Source: a virus. From it: a stretch of 64,000 bases of DNA. Under the pieces are notes generated by a model, which saw nothing but the letters and a program-made list of their open reading frames with translations, was not told where the DNA came from and did not search any database. A program made the position numbers and the translations under genes. The stretch covers positions 1 through 64,000 of IMG/VR virus record IMGVR_UViG_3300019754_000001; one strand, 5' to 3'. Numbering within the stretch: position 1 is the stretch's first letter; each line of letters opens with the position of its first letter. Shown here piece after piece: positions 27,205 through 37,300 of this stretch.

Positions 27205-27471
27205 ATGGAAAAAGAAGTTTTTGATTTATACCAAGAGAAACTAAAAAGAAAAGAGAGATTAGAAGCACAGATAAAGAACTTGCATAGAAAGACAGGTAAT
27301 GGAGACAAAAAGGTATCAGAGGTTGGATGGTTGCAACTCAATTATGGGAATGGGTCTAGTGCAGAAATAATATTAGACAATAAAAAAGATTTGATAAGAG
27401 TATCTAATTTAATAAGTTCAATGCTTAATGAAGAGCTTGAGAATGTAATTAATGAGATGGAAGAATTATGA
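27205..27471 (+). CDS. Hypothetical protein
   Basis: ORF in operon. Confidence 0.7.
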   Translation: MEKEVFDLYQEKLKRKERLEAQIKNLHRKTGNGDKKVSEVGWLQLNYGNGSSAEIILDNKKDLIRVSNLISSMLNEELENVINEMEEL

Positions 27472-27665
27472 TAGAAATAGTTAAAATAATATGGCATAAA
27501 TACGATTGGGAAGATATTGAATCAAGACCTCCCCAACCTGGAACCTACCTAATCTATAGAAAAGGATGTGATAAGATGCACAAAGAGAAGTGGAATGGGA
27601 ATGGGTGGGCATCCTCTAATGGGGATTGTACACATTGGACAGAAATACCTAAACCAACAATATAA
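27468..27665 (+). CDS. DUF551-like protein
   Basis: W....RPP..G.YL...W...THW..IP.P pattern. Confidence 0.7.
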   Translation: MIEIVKIIWHKYDWEDIESRPPQPGTYLIYRKGCDKMHKEKWNGNGWASSNGDCTHWTEIPKPTI

Positions 27666-27668
27666 AAC

Positions 27669-28388
27669 ATGAAAAGATTATTTAAATACTTACAGGATAA
27701 ACGGAATAGGTTTCTAGCAAGAAAGGATTTAATGAAATCCCTTATAAGAAATGTATCATTATTGGAAGAAGAGAATGAAAAATTTAAGAATATAATTAAA
27801 GATTATGAACGTAAATGGAGCGATTCTTATAACACTTGCTATGTTCCAATAGACAACTTTATGAGGGGCAGGAGTGCAAACTTTAGCCTTAGGTATGCTA
27901 ATTACATTAATAATGTAGAAAAGCTTACAGAACCTGGAAGAAAAGTAGGAAATACTACTAGGTTAATAGATTTTTCAATACAGTGGTTATTTAAAGTAGG
28001 AAATATACCACTTAAAGCAATCCCTTCATATGACGGTCTAGATAAAAAGATTTTATTAGATAATATTGATAGGAGATTGAACATGGAGCATGGGAAATCA
28101 CTAAAGTTATTAAATGGTGAACTGTCTACGACTAAAGTAAATAATAAAACAAATAAAATTGGAACAGTAGAAGACAAACATTTAAATAAATGGATATTTA
28201 TAGCATGTTTAGACGATAAAAAAGACGAAGGATTTCCTTTTTTCAAGAGAGAGATAATAAAAGCAAATGATAAAGATGAAGCCTACGATGTGGGAGAATC
28301 TACATTATTAGATACATGGCTAAAAGAGGGTAATTACAGTGTTATTAATTTTTTAGTTATACCAGTAGAAGAAATTATAAACTCCTAA
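27669..28388 (+). CDS. Hypothetical protein
   Basis: Long ORF. Confidence 0.7.
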   Translation: MKRLFKYLQDKRNRFLARKDLMKSLIRNVSLLEEENEKFKNIIKDYERKWSDSYNTCYVPIDNFMRGRSANFSLRYANYINNVEKLTEPGRKVGNTTRLIDFSIQWLFKVGNIPLKAIPSYDGLDKKILLDNIDRRLNMEHGKSLKLLNGELSTTKVNNKTNKIGTVEDKHLNKWIFIACLDDKKDEGFPFFKREIIKANDKDEAYDVGESTLLDTWLKEGNYSVINFLVIPVEEIINS

Positions 28389-28401
28389 CAAGATATAAAA
28401 G

Positions 28402-28713
28402 ATGGAACAGAAAAATAAAGGATTTAGAGTGCATGCAGGATATAAAGAAGCAATAAAAAAATTAAAAATAGAAACCACAGAAAAAGGAGTAGTAGAAGCA
28501 GTAAAGTGGTTTGATGGTAACATTGTTAATCTTATAGCAATAGACAATGTTAAAGATGCTTTTCTTGTATCTTATTCCTGTTTATTCGGCAAGGTAATAA
28601 AAGTATTTAAAAATGAAGGAAAGCTTGAAGAGTTTAGAAGTACATTTGAACAGATACTTTTTAAAGAAGCTTGTAAATATAAAGAGAAATGGCAACAGAA
28701 AAACAAAAACTAG
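28402..28713 (+). CDS. Hypothetical protein
   Basis: ORF in operon. Confidence 0.65.
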   Translation: MEQKNKGFRVHAGYKEAIKKLKIETTEKGVVEAVKWFDGNIVNLIAIDNVKDAFLVSYSCLFGKVIKVFKNEGKLEEFRSTFEQILFKEACKYKEKWQQKNKN

Positions 28714-28979
28714 CAAAAGCGCGTAATTATTTTAAGTATGTAATTGCAGGTTTATATAAATCAGTGCAACTTGATAAACTTACACCCAAAGAAGTAGAAT
28801 TGTGGGATAAGATATGTAGAGCTAGAGAGGAATTATTAGATATGTTTGATGAGGAATCTAGAGCTAAAGGATTAAATGTGCCTGAACATAAGTGCTTTTG
28901 TGGAAGAAAAGCTAAGATACAAAAGATGTACTACGGCAAGCTTATGTGGGTATGTCCTATACACCTAATGGAAAAGTAA
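28689..28979 (+). CDS. Hypothetical protein with a C-terminal CxC...CxxH zinc finger
   Basis: KCFCGR...VCPIH. Confidence 0.65.
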   Translation: MATEKQKLAKARNYFKYVIAGLYKSVQLDKLTPKEVELWDKICRAREELLDMFDEESRAKGLNVPEHKCFCGRKAKIQKMYYGKLMWVCPIHLMEK

Positions 28980-28989
28980 AATAAAAAGA

Positions 28990-29880
28990 ATGCTAGAAGT
29001 AAAAAATAAGATTGAATTTGAAGGTAACTGTTGGGTTGGGGAAGTAGATGCTTCCCTCTTCAACAGTTCAGAAGAGTGTAGAATTAAGGCTGTAACGGAT
29101 ATAGCAAGTATAACTAAAGGTAGATTGGGTATGTATATAGGCAAGTATGATGAAACTTCATATTGTAGTATAACTCAAGAAAAGCAAGGCTTTAAAGCTG
29201 AAGAAAAAATATATTCACCTGTAAGGCAGCGACTGTATGATAGACTGTTAGTTGAAAGTGCAGGTAAACCTAGCACTCCCTTTGAATTTGTACCTATTAT
29301 AGAAGAAACTATATTTACACCTTGTGAAAAGGAATTAAACCAGCTATATAAACACGGAGTAAGTGATCCGAGTAATGATAGATTATTTACCAATATGAGA
29401 AATATACTCTGCTCTGGTGAATTCTTATACGACCAAGAAGAAAGTACTGAGGATTTTAAAGTAATAGTAGGTAGAGTTCCAATGAAAGTAGTATCGCATT
29501 TAAGAACGCATAGAGCATTTAGTTGGCTTGTGGAGAGTAGTAGAAATAAAAGATACTTGAAAGAAGTAGAGTTTTGGTATCCTAGTTGGTGGAATAAGGT
29601 AGGAAAGAATACATTAGAACGTCCCTATGTAGAGTACATGAAAGATTTAGATATGGATATTGTAGATACATTAAAAGAAGATGTAGAAGAAGGATTGCTG
29701 AAACCAGAAGAAGCTACTATGGAATTATCTGATAGAAGATTAGTAACTTTTGCTATGTGTGCCTGGAAACAAAATACTGATGCTTGGGATAATTTATTTG
29801 CAGTGAGGGGAGATAAGACAGGAACTATGAGTATTACAGGAGAAACAGTTAAACATATTAAAACATTAATAAATGAGTAG
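28990..29880 (+). CDS. thyX: Flavin-dependent thymidylate synthase (divergent)
   Basis: STPFEF, TNMR, HLRTHRAFSWLVESSR signature, KPEEA, WDNLFAVR. Confidence 0.8.
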   Translation: MLEVKNKIEFEGNCWVGEVDASLFNSSEECRIKAVTDIASITKGRLGMYIGKYDETSYCSITQEKQGFKAEEKIYSPVRQRLYDRLLVESAGKPSTPFEFVPIIEETIFTPCEKELNQLYKHGVSDPSNDRLFTNMRNILCSGEFLYDQEESTEDFKVIVGRVPMKVVSHLRTHRAFSWLVESSRNKRYLKEVEFWYPSWWNKVGKNTLERPYVEYMKDLDMDIVDTLKEDVEEGLLKPEEATMELSDRRLVTFAMCAWKQNTDAWDNLFAVRGDKTGTMSITGETVKHIKTLINE

Positions 29881-30127
29881 TCAAATAGTAATATTTCATC
29901 CAGCCGTCGAAGTAGTATCAGATTCAGGTATGGTAATAGATTATGTAAATCCTCCAGAACTGAATTTAGAATACCCTTATATAACAATAGGGAGTAGTCA
30001 TTCTATTAGACCTGTAATGGAACCTTTAGTAATGCGATTAAAAAAGAATACTCCAATATACTGCATGGATAATAATACAAGTATAAAGACAGTTGGAGAA
30101 TACATTAAAAGCATAAACGAATATTAA
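29873..30127 (+). CDS. Hypothetical protein
   Basis: ORF in operon. Confidence 0.6.
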   Translation: MSSQIVIFHPAVEVVSDSGMVIDYVNPPELNLEYPYITIGSSHSIRPVMEPLVMRLKKNTPIYCMDNNTSIKTVGEYIKSINEY

Positions 30128-30134
30128 ATAAAAC

Positions 30135-30329
30135 ATGGCAAAGAAAGTAACAACAATAGAAGAAGTATATTCAGACATACTGGATAATAATATCCGAACT
30201 AACTTAGTAGACAGCCCAATATGGAAAAATTGTTTACATAAAGATGATATGGGGGCTAAAGATAAGAAATACAAATACCGTATCAAATTTGAAGGTACCT
30301 TACCAATACAACTTTTAAATATAAAGTAA
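30135..30329 (+). CDS. Hypothetical protein
   Basis: ORF in operon. Confidence 0.6.
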   Translation: MAKKVTTIEEVYSDILDNNIRTNLVDSPIWKNCLHKDDMGAKDKKYKYRIKFEGTLPIQLLNIK

Positions 30330-30586
30330 TGGATTTAAAAGATAAGATAGCAGTATTTAAAGGAGAGTTAGCAGACCTTGAATGGAAACAGGACAGATGG
30401 GGTAACTTTAAAAAGAAAGTTATTCGGAATGGAAAGGAAGTAGAATGCAGAGTTAAGTTTAAAAGTACGTCCGTACGAGTAGAGCAGAAAACCAGTAATG
30501 GAGATTGGGCTAACTTGTCAAGAGTCGCTCTCTACATATCTAAACAGTCTAGCATGGAAGGAATGCTAAAAAACTTTAATTTGTAA
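30329..30586 (+). CDS. Hypothetical protein
   Basis: TAATG-coupled ORF. Confidence 0.65.
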   Translation: MDLKDKIAVFKGELADLEWKQDRWGNFKKKVIRNGKEVECRVKFKSTSVRVEQKTSNGDWANLSRVALYISKQSSMEGMLKNFNL

Positions 30587-31479
30587 TGAAATACTTTATA
30601 GATACAGAGTTCCACGAATACGGTAAACAACCTAAAGTATTAGGGTTAAAAGTAGGTAAACCTATTGATACTATAGATTTAATTAGTATTGGTATAGTTA
30701 GTGAGGAAATAGGAGAACCTCTAGCCTCCATGACTGACGAAAGAAGAAATAATTTAATTAAATCTGGAAAAGGGATTAAACATCAAAATAGTAGAGAATA
30801 CTATGCTATATGTAAAGAGTTTGATTTAAAAGCTGCTTGGGATAATGAGTGGTTGAAGGAGAATGTATTGAAGTCTATACATGAGGAACTTGTAAATATG
30901 AATATACAAGATGCTAAGAGAGCTACAAGATTTATGGTTGGAGGTGTACTTCTATCAGAACAGTTTACATACAGGAAGTTTAAAAGACTTATAAACAAAT
31001 ATGGTAAAACTAAAAAGCAGATAGCTGAGGAGGTTAAGAAGTTCGTTTTACTAAAAGAAATTGGAGAGGATGGAAGATGTAAATGCACTTGTGCAGATAC
31101 ATGTCTAAACGGCAAAGCTGGCTCTGCTGATAGATGTACTACGCAAGAATTACATAAATATCTACCTGAGTTTTATGCCTACTATGCAGATTATGATTGG
31201 GTAGTATTCTGTTGGCTATTTGGAAGAATGATTGATTTGCCTAAGGGTTTTCCTATGTACTGTAACGATTTAAAGCAGGACTTGGATGCTTATGTGAATG
31301 ACAAATGGCTTCCTGGCAGTATATCTTATATGAAAGGTGTGAATGATAATGTAACTTTTGATTTAGCTTTAGAGAAATTAAAAGGATTGCCTGAATACCC
31401 TAAACAAGAGAATGAACATAATGCTCTAGCTGATGCTAAGTGGAATAAGGAATTGTACAGTTTTATAAATTCATTATAA
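30586..31479 (+). CDS. 3'-5' exoribonuclease, Rv2179c/DUF5051-like (DEDD)
   Basis: YFIDTEF, LISIGIV, YYADYDWV...LFG.M..LP.GFP.YC.DLKQ, HNALADA. Confidence 0.88.
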   Translation: MKYFIDTEFHEYGKQPKVLGLKVGKPIDTIDLISIGIVSEEIGEPLASMTDERRNNLIKSGKGIKHQNSREYYAICKEFDLKAAWDNEWLKENVLKSIHEELVNMNIQDAKRATRFMVGGVLLSEQFTYRKFKRLINKYGKTKKQIAEEVKKFVLLKEIGEDGRCKCTCADTCLNGKAGSADRCTTQELHKYLPEFYAYYADYDWVVFCWLFGRMIDLPKGFPMYCNDLKQDLDAYVNDKWLPGSISYMKGVNDNVTFDLALEKLKGLPEYPKQENEHNALADAKWNKELYSFINSL

Positions 31480-31691
31480 TGAATAGAAGACAGAAAAATA
31501 AGCAACGTAAAAAGTCTATATTAATTTATGATATGGCAGCTGCTCCTGTAAATGCATCTCTAGAAGATATATCACTACTATATAGTAAATTTGGATTAGT
31601 AGTATACGATAGCTTTAGAGGTAATAAGCCTGAAATAGTTCCTAGAAGAAATACAAATCTATTTAAATTTAAAGATAAAGACAAAATATGA
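31479..31691 (+). CDS. Hypothetical protein
   Basis: Coupled ORF. Confidence 0.6.
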   Translation: MNRRQKNKQRKKSILIYDMAAAPVNASLEDISLLYSKFGLVVYDSFRGNKPEIVPRRNTNLFKFKDKDKI

Positions 31692-32623
31692 AAATAATAT
31701 GTATATATCACTCTCGAGATCTGGATGGGTGGATGAGTGCTGCAATAGTTAAACATTGGTTTGAAGAAACTGTTAATAGAAAAGGTGAAGAAGATATTCC
31801 TGTAGATAGTTTAGATTTTATAGGTTACGACTATGGTCAACCTATTCCTGATTTAAATGAATACGATAAAGTAATAATGTGTGATGTTAGTTTTCCACCA
31901 GATAAAATGGAAGAAGTATATGATTCAAGTGAATTCATATGGATAGACCACCATAAATCAGCTATAGAAGCCAGTAAATGGATTAATAATACTGTAGACG
32001 GATTAAGAGATACTAATTATGCAGCCTGTGAATTAACATGGAAATATTTCTTTCCTGATGAAGAGATACCTGAAATAGTTAGACTACTTGGTAGATATGA
32101 TTGCTTTGGACATAAAGGTACGGACGAAGAACAGAAAGTATTAGAGTTTCAATATGGTGCAAGACACTATATGAATAATTATAATGATTGTTATACCTGG
32201 CTTACGGGAAATGGTACTGAAGAATCTTTGGTGAATGCTATATTGGATTATGGCATTCCTATTTATCAATACCTTTGTACAGAAGCTAAACAGATTTATA
32301 GCAAAGCTTTTGAGATTTTATTAGTAGAAAACAAAGAAGATGTTACTGTAGGAGAACAAGTGAAAAAGTTCCTTTGTGTAAACCAAGAAAGATTTAATCC
32401 TATAAACTTTGGTATAGATTACCATAAAGAAGGATATGATGGATTTGCTTGTTTCTGGTTAAAAGATGGAAAGTGGATGTGGTCATTATATAATGACAAT
32501 GGGCAAGTAGACTGTTCACTAATAGCTAAACAGTATGGAGGCGGCGGTCATAAAGGAGCTGCTGGTTTTGTATGTGACCGCAATACAATGTTAAATATAA
32601 TTAAACGAATAAGTAAAATATAA
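31688..32623 (+). CDS. DHH/DHHA1 family phosphoesterase
   Basis: YHSRDLDG, MCD, WIDHH, GGGGHKGAAGF. Confidence 0.92.
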   Translation: MKIICIYHSRDLDGWMSAAIVKHWFEETVNRKGEEDIPVDSLDFIGYDYGQPIPDLNEYDKVIMCDVSFPPDKMEEVYDSSEFIWIDHHKSAIEASKWINNTVDGLRDTNYAACELTWKYFFPDEEIPEIVRLLGRYDCFGHKGTDEEQKVLEFQYGARHYMNNYNDCYTWLTGNGTEESLVNAILDYGIPIYQYLCTEAKQIYSKAFEILLVENKEDVTVGEQVKKFLCVNQERFNPINFGIDYHKEGYDGFACFWLKDGKWMWSLYNDNGQVDCSLIAKQYGGGGHKGAAGFVCDRNTMLNIIKRISKI

Positions 32624-32629
32624 GAATTA

Positions 32630-32812
32630 ATGGAAGACAAAGAATATAATTATAGATTAATATTTATAGATGGACATAGATTTGATACAAAAAGCAATAA
32701 AAGTTTAAAAGAATTTACAGAATATTTATTAGAGCTTAAAATAATATTTACTAATGATGCCTCTTTCATGGTAGCTCATCTAGTAGTAATACAAGACATT
32801 ACAAATAAATAA
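32630..32812 (+). CDS. Hypothetical protein
   Basis: ORF in operon. Confidence 0.6.
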   Translation: MEDKEYNYRLIFIDGHRFDTKSNKSLKEFTEYLLELKIIFTNDASFMVAHLVVIQDITNK

Positions 32813-32828
32813 TTAAATATTATAGGAA

Positions 32829-33629
32829 ATGAATAAAAGTTTCACAGTTTTAGGAAACGCACATCTAATAAAGCAGTTCTTAGAAGATATAAGAATAAAA
32901 GGATATGAATTTAAAGGAAATGAATTTATATTACAAATATTCTTAAAGTACTTTGAAGTAGCAGCAGAGGCAGATAAATCACACTATGACCTAGATACTC
33001 AATATAAGGATGCTTTAGACCATTACAAACAATTAGAATTAGATGATATAGCTGATAAGGGAGCAAATAGTGTACTAAATGACCTTATGTATAAAGCCTT
33101 CACACATACTTACCAGTACGAAAAGCAGCAAGAAGAGAAAGAGAAAGTAGAAAGAGCGTATAGGGAAAAAGTAGAAAGGATGGCAGAAGGATTTTGGGAA
33201 AAGGGTGGCATACGCATAATTCATATAAACCGTGTGGATTACCTCCAACCTCCCCCCGGATTTAAGTTAAGTAGTTCAGATGTAATAGGTGTAATAGACC
33301 ATAATAGAAAAGAATCTGCAAAAGAGTATGGATTTAAATTAACAAATCCAAATACAGAAGAAATGCTAGAAAAATTAGCAAGTTTTTATACACCCAAAGA
33401 AGATAGTTTAAATATGGGCTTTCTTACCTACGTTACAAACGATAAAGAAAAAATACATAGTATAGACACTGAAGTATTTGCAGTAAGAGGTACAGGTATT
33501 CAGAAGATGACTTTACTTGAAGCTCTCCAAATGCAAGATGTTATTATTTTTGCTAGAGAAGAGAACGCTAACAAGTGTGCATACGATAGGCACGTTGAAA
33601 GATTAAAGAAAGTATATAAACAGAAATAG
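32829..33629 (+). CDS. Hypothetical protein
   Basis: Long ORF. Confidence 0.7.
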   Translation: MNKSFTVLGNAHLIKQFLEDIRIKGYEFKGNEFILQIFLKYFEVAAEADKSHYDLDTQYKDALDHYKQLELDDIADKGANSVLNDLMYKAFTHTYQYEKQQEEKEKVERAYREKVERMAEGFWEKGGIRIIHINRVDYLQPPPGFKLSSSDVIGVIDHNRKESAKEYGFKLTNPNTEEMLEKLASFYTPKEDSLNMGFLTYVTNDKEKIHSIDTEVFAVRGTGIQKMTLLEALQMQDVIIFAREENANKCAYDRHVERLKKVYKQK

Positions 33630-33630
33630 T

Positions 33631-33936
33631 ATGAAAGATAAATTAAAATTTAAATTAGATTCAGAAGAACTTCGCAATATAGTATATGAAAATTACTGCA
33701 TAGATACTAACGGAAATGAATGGGAATTTGAAACTATAGAGAATATTCATGAGGGAGAAGGAAGACATGAAACATTCTGGAGTAGGGTAGTTAAAAGAAA
33801 TGACGGGATTTTCTTTAAGATTAAGTGGGCTAGCTCTATAAAAGATAATATGGATTGGGAAGTATGTAACCCCCTAAAAGAGTACACTGTTGAAGAGGTA
33901 ATTGCAACAGATGTAACAATTACAAAGTATTTATAA
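33631..33936 (+). CDS. Hypothetical phage protein
   Basis: ORF in operon. Confidence 0.7.
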   Translation: MKDKLKFKLDSEELRNIVYENYCIDTNGNEWEFETIENIHEGEGRHETFWSRVVKRNDGIFFKIKWASSIKDNMDWEVCNPLKEYTVEEVIATDVTITKYL

Positions 33937-33996
33937 CTATAATTATATTCAATAGATAGCATAGACAAATTAAATTCTTACTTAAATAATATTAAT

Positions 33997-34299
33997 ATGA
34001 GAGAATTTAAAACAAGCCCATATGGAGATATAGTAGATTTAGATGATAAAGAAACATTTAAGCACTTACCAAATACCATTAAATCACTGGGAAAGCTAAT
34101 GCTTAGTGAAATAGGATATGCTATTTGCTATATGGATTATTGGCATAAAGATGTATTTAAAATAGATGACCCACAGAGAAAAAGAGTAAACAAGCTAATT
34201 AAAGACTTCACAGAGAACGAAATAAATAACTATAAGAACGTTAAGTGGTATAGAGAGCAGGTATTCTTATTTCAGGATGAGATAGAAAATATGTGTTAA
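33997..34299 (+). CDS. Hypothetical protein
   Basis: Last + strand ORF before the terminator. Confidence 0.7.
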   Translation: MREFKTSPYGDIVDLDDKETFKHLPNTIKSLGKLMLSEIGYAICYMDYWHKDVFKIDDPQRKRVNKLIKDFTENEINNYKNVKWYREQVFLFQDEIENMC

Positions 34300-34313
34300 A
34301 GATTAGCACAAAC

Positions 34314-34361
34314 AAAAAAAGGGGAACCCTACCATTACGGTAGAGTTCCCCTATTTTTTTT
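34314..34361. terminator. Bidirectional terminator at the convergence of the early and late modules
   Basis: A7-GGGGAAC(C)CTACC-loop-GGTAG(A)GTTCCCC-T-tract. Confidence 0.9.
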
Positions 34362-37300
34362 ACAACCACCTCTGGAACATAGCCAATCCAGGGATTGCTC
34401 TAAAAGTTCCTTTAATGAGGTAAGTTTCATCATGTCTAGCATCATCGCTAGTTGCGTATTTAGTAACCACGCTAGGAATATTGACTACATTGTCAATTGT
34501 TCTTAGAAGTGGGGATGGATTCTTAAACATATCCATAAGAGCTTTAGGGTTCATATAGAGTGATACATCATCTTGCAACCTAGATACTGTCTTATATGCT
34601 AATCTGTAACCTTCAGCCTTCTCATCTTCATCATCAAATGCTAAATTAGCTATCAACATAGCAGCACTCATCATAAGAAACCATTGAATCTCCTTCAAGT
34701 TTCTTCTCATGTTGTCTAAATCTGTTTGCATCTCTTTATTATCTGCATTAAACTCTTCTCCAACTGCTAAGTTCTTTAATAGTATTGATTTCATTATCTT
34801 AACACTATTGGCAAAGCCTAAGTCTTTATAGGTTCTATATCTACCCTTCACAGGGTCTCCCATCTGGTCATCTTCTTTATAAGTTTCTATTCTAGTTGCA
34901 ATACCCTCAGCTATCCAAGATTTAAGAGCTAATGTAGCCCTCCCTATTAAATACTTCTTAGCTTGCATAGGGGAGGAGGGGTCATAGTTACCATGAACCC
35001 TCTTAATTAGCTGTATTAGATTGTTTCTCTTCTTTGTAAAGCTATTTGACTTAGTAGCATCATACATAGTATCCCATTGCTCACTGTCTAAAACTTCTTC
35101 TGACATGTTAGCGTGGTTATCATAAGACTCCCACAAGCTAACTTCTGTGCCGTCTACAGTTTGAACTTTAGTGTGCATTAGATTAGCAACCAACACAGCA
35201 GCTTGATTTAAATATTCAGCCCTTTTAGTAAGTTCCATTGGGGCAGCCAAGCCAAGTTTCTTATTATGCTCTTTAATCTTAGAACTCCCAGAGGCATCCT
35301 CCAACAAGTCAAACATAATACCATATTTTGCCATAAGACTTCTAACTTTAGTAGAAACATCATCAACACGTCCTGTAGCAGATCTCTTCATTGAGTGCTT
35401 TAATACACCCATAGCTCTATTAAGTTCCTGCTTAGTGAAATACCTACCAGAAGCAGCTTCTACACTATTTGATATATACCCATATAAAGTATTTGTAAGT
35501 GCTGAGGAAGCATTCCAACCCAAAGATGTAAAAAAAGTTAACTTTAAAGCTTTATCGAATGCCTTGACGGGTGATACAAATCCAGTATCTTGTACCGCAT
35601 CTTTCCTTGCCTGTATACTTAATTTTCTTTCTTCATAATCTTCTTTTTCTACTCTGCCGTGCATCATATCTAGCTCTAATTCATTCTTTTCTTTTTTTAA
35701 TGCTTTTAATGTTTTTCTTGCCTCTTTTGTTAATCCTACCTTGGTTGATAAAATTCCACCCTTATTATGGCCTTTATTGTATAATATATTATCTATTTCA
35801 TACTCTAACTGCCTAACAACATTAAGTTTTTCTCCCTTACCTATCTTATTTCTTATAATGCTATTGGATTTTGATTTTTCTATTTCTATTGATTTTTCTA
35901 CCATCTCCTTTCCTATTGTTAATATATCTTCTACTGCTGATTTTCTTTTATAGTTAATTGCTGAAAAGGAAAACATTTTAAATGCTTTTATAACATCAGA
36001 AGACTTGCTATTAAATTCTCTATCGTAGTCACTTTTTATACTATCTCTAGTTCCTTTAACTACATCTAAAATATCTTTTTGTATTTTTATTGATGCTTCC
36101 GTAGCCCCTTTACTAGTAATGTGGCCATTAAATACAGACTCTTGTCTTATATAGTCTTTTTCAGCCTTACTTAATGCAACTCTTAATTTTCCTACAGTAT
36201 CCTTAGTAAACTTAATAGGAACTGATTTTATAGGCTTACCGTTACTATCTCTCAACTGAGAATCTAAATCATCCTGCTCCTCTGAAAGGCCCCCATAGAC
36301 TCTATCTAATAGAGACTTTCCTGTAATTACACCTGCTATACCCTCATCTCTAACTTTTTCAAGTATGTCTTTATTTACCTGAGGTAAGTGATTATGTTGT
36401 AAAGCGTATGCAACGTGGGGTGGAAAGTAATCCTTAAGGTTGTTAATATTCTCTGTTATAAAATTATAAAGCTTTCCGTATGTTTCTGGATTGTTTTGTA
36501 TAAATTCATAATCTTTATCATACCATTCACTCTTTTGTCCATTTACCTCACTTTTTGGTGCATAGGATAGAAATCTTGTAACACTGGTAAAGTTAGTAGT
36601 TTCTACATTATTACTAGTTAACTCTTCATATAACTGCATTGGGTTATTATAAGATTCCCACTCAGCTATCTTACCCTTGTATTCTGCTATTGTTTTAAAT
36701 CCTACCCTCCCCGCATCGTGGTATCTCTGAAAGGTTTCAACAACTGCCACTTTAGATTTATTATAAGATGTAATCTTCTTTTCCATAGATGATACCAATC
36801 TCTCTCCTACAACTTCACCTAATAGGTCTTTTATCTTAGCAATCTCTTCATTTCTAGCGTCCTCATTATCATTACCAAAAAGGATATTATAGTTAGGTAA
36901 ATAAATATTATCCATAAAGTCTTGATAAGCTTTCTTTTTTTGATTCTTCTTTCTAGCATCCTTAACCCTATTAAGTTGACCTAACTCTACTCTTTGTTTA
37001 GATTTCCAATCATAGTAGCTTTGTGAAAAAACATCTACAAGATTTTTAGTTATATTACCATCAGCATCTTTCTGTAACACCCTCTCGTTAAAATCTTTTC
37101 CATTCTTATCGAATCCAGTCTCCTCTAATATCTTAGTCAATTGAATACCAATAGTTTCCTCAAATTCAGCCATAATGTTTCTATTAGTGTCTTTAAGGAC
37201 TCCTGATAGATAAGATACTAATTTATTATCTACCCTAGAACTATCCATTACAGCAGACCAAAGTAGCCCTACATCTTTAATTTCTGTTAAATCTTTTAAT

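Noticed and set aside
27930-27975. PGRKVGNTT as a Walker A motif
   Set aside because: It lacks the conserved Lys and a recognisable Walker B; left as hypothetical.
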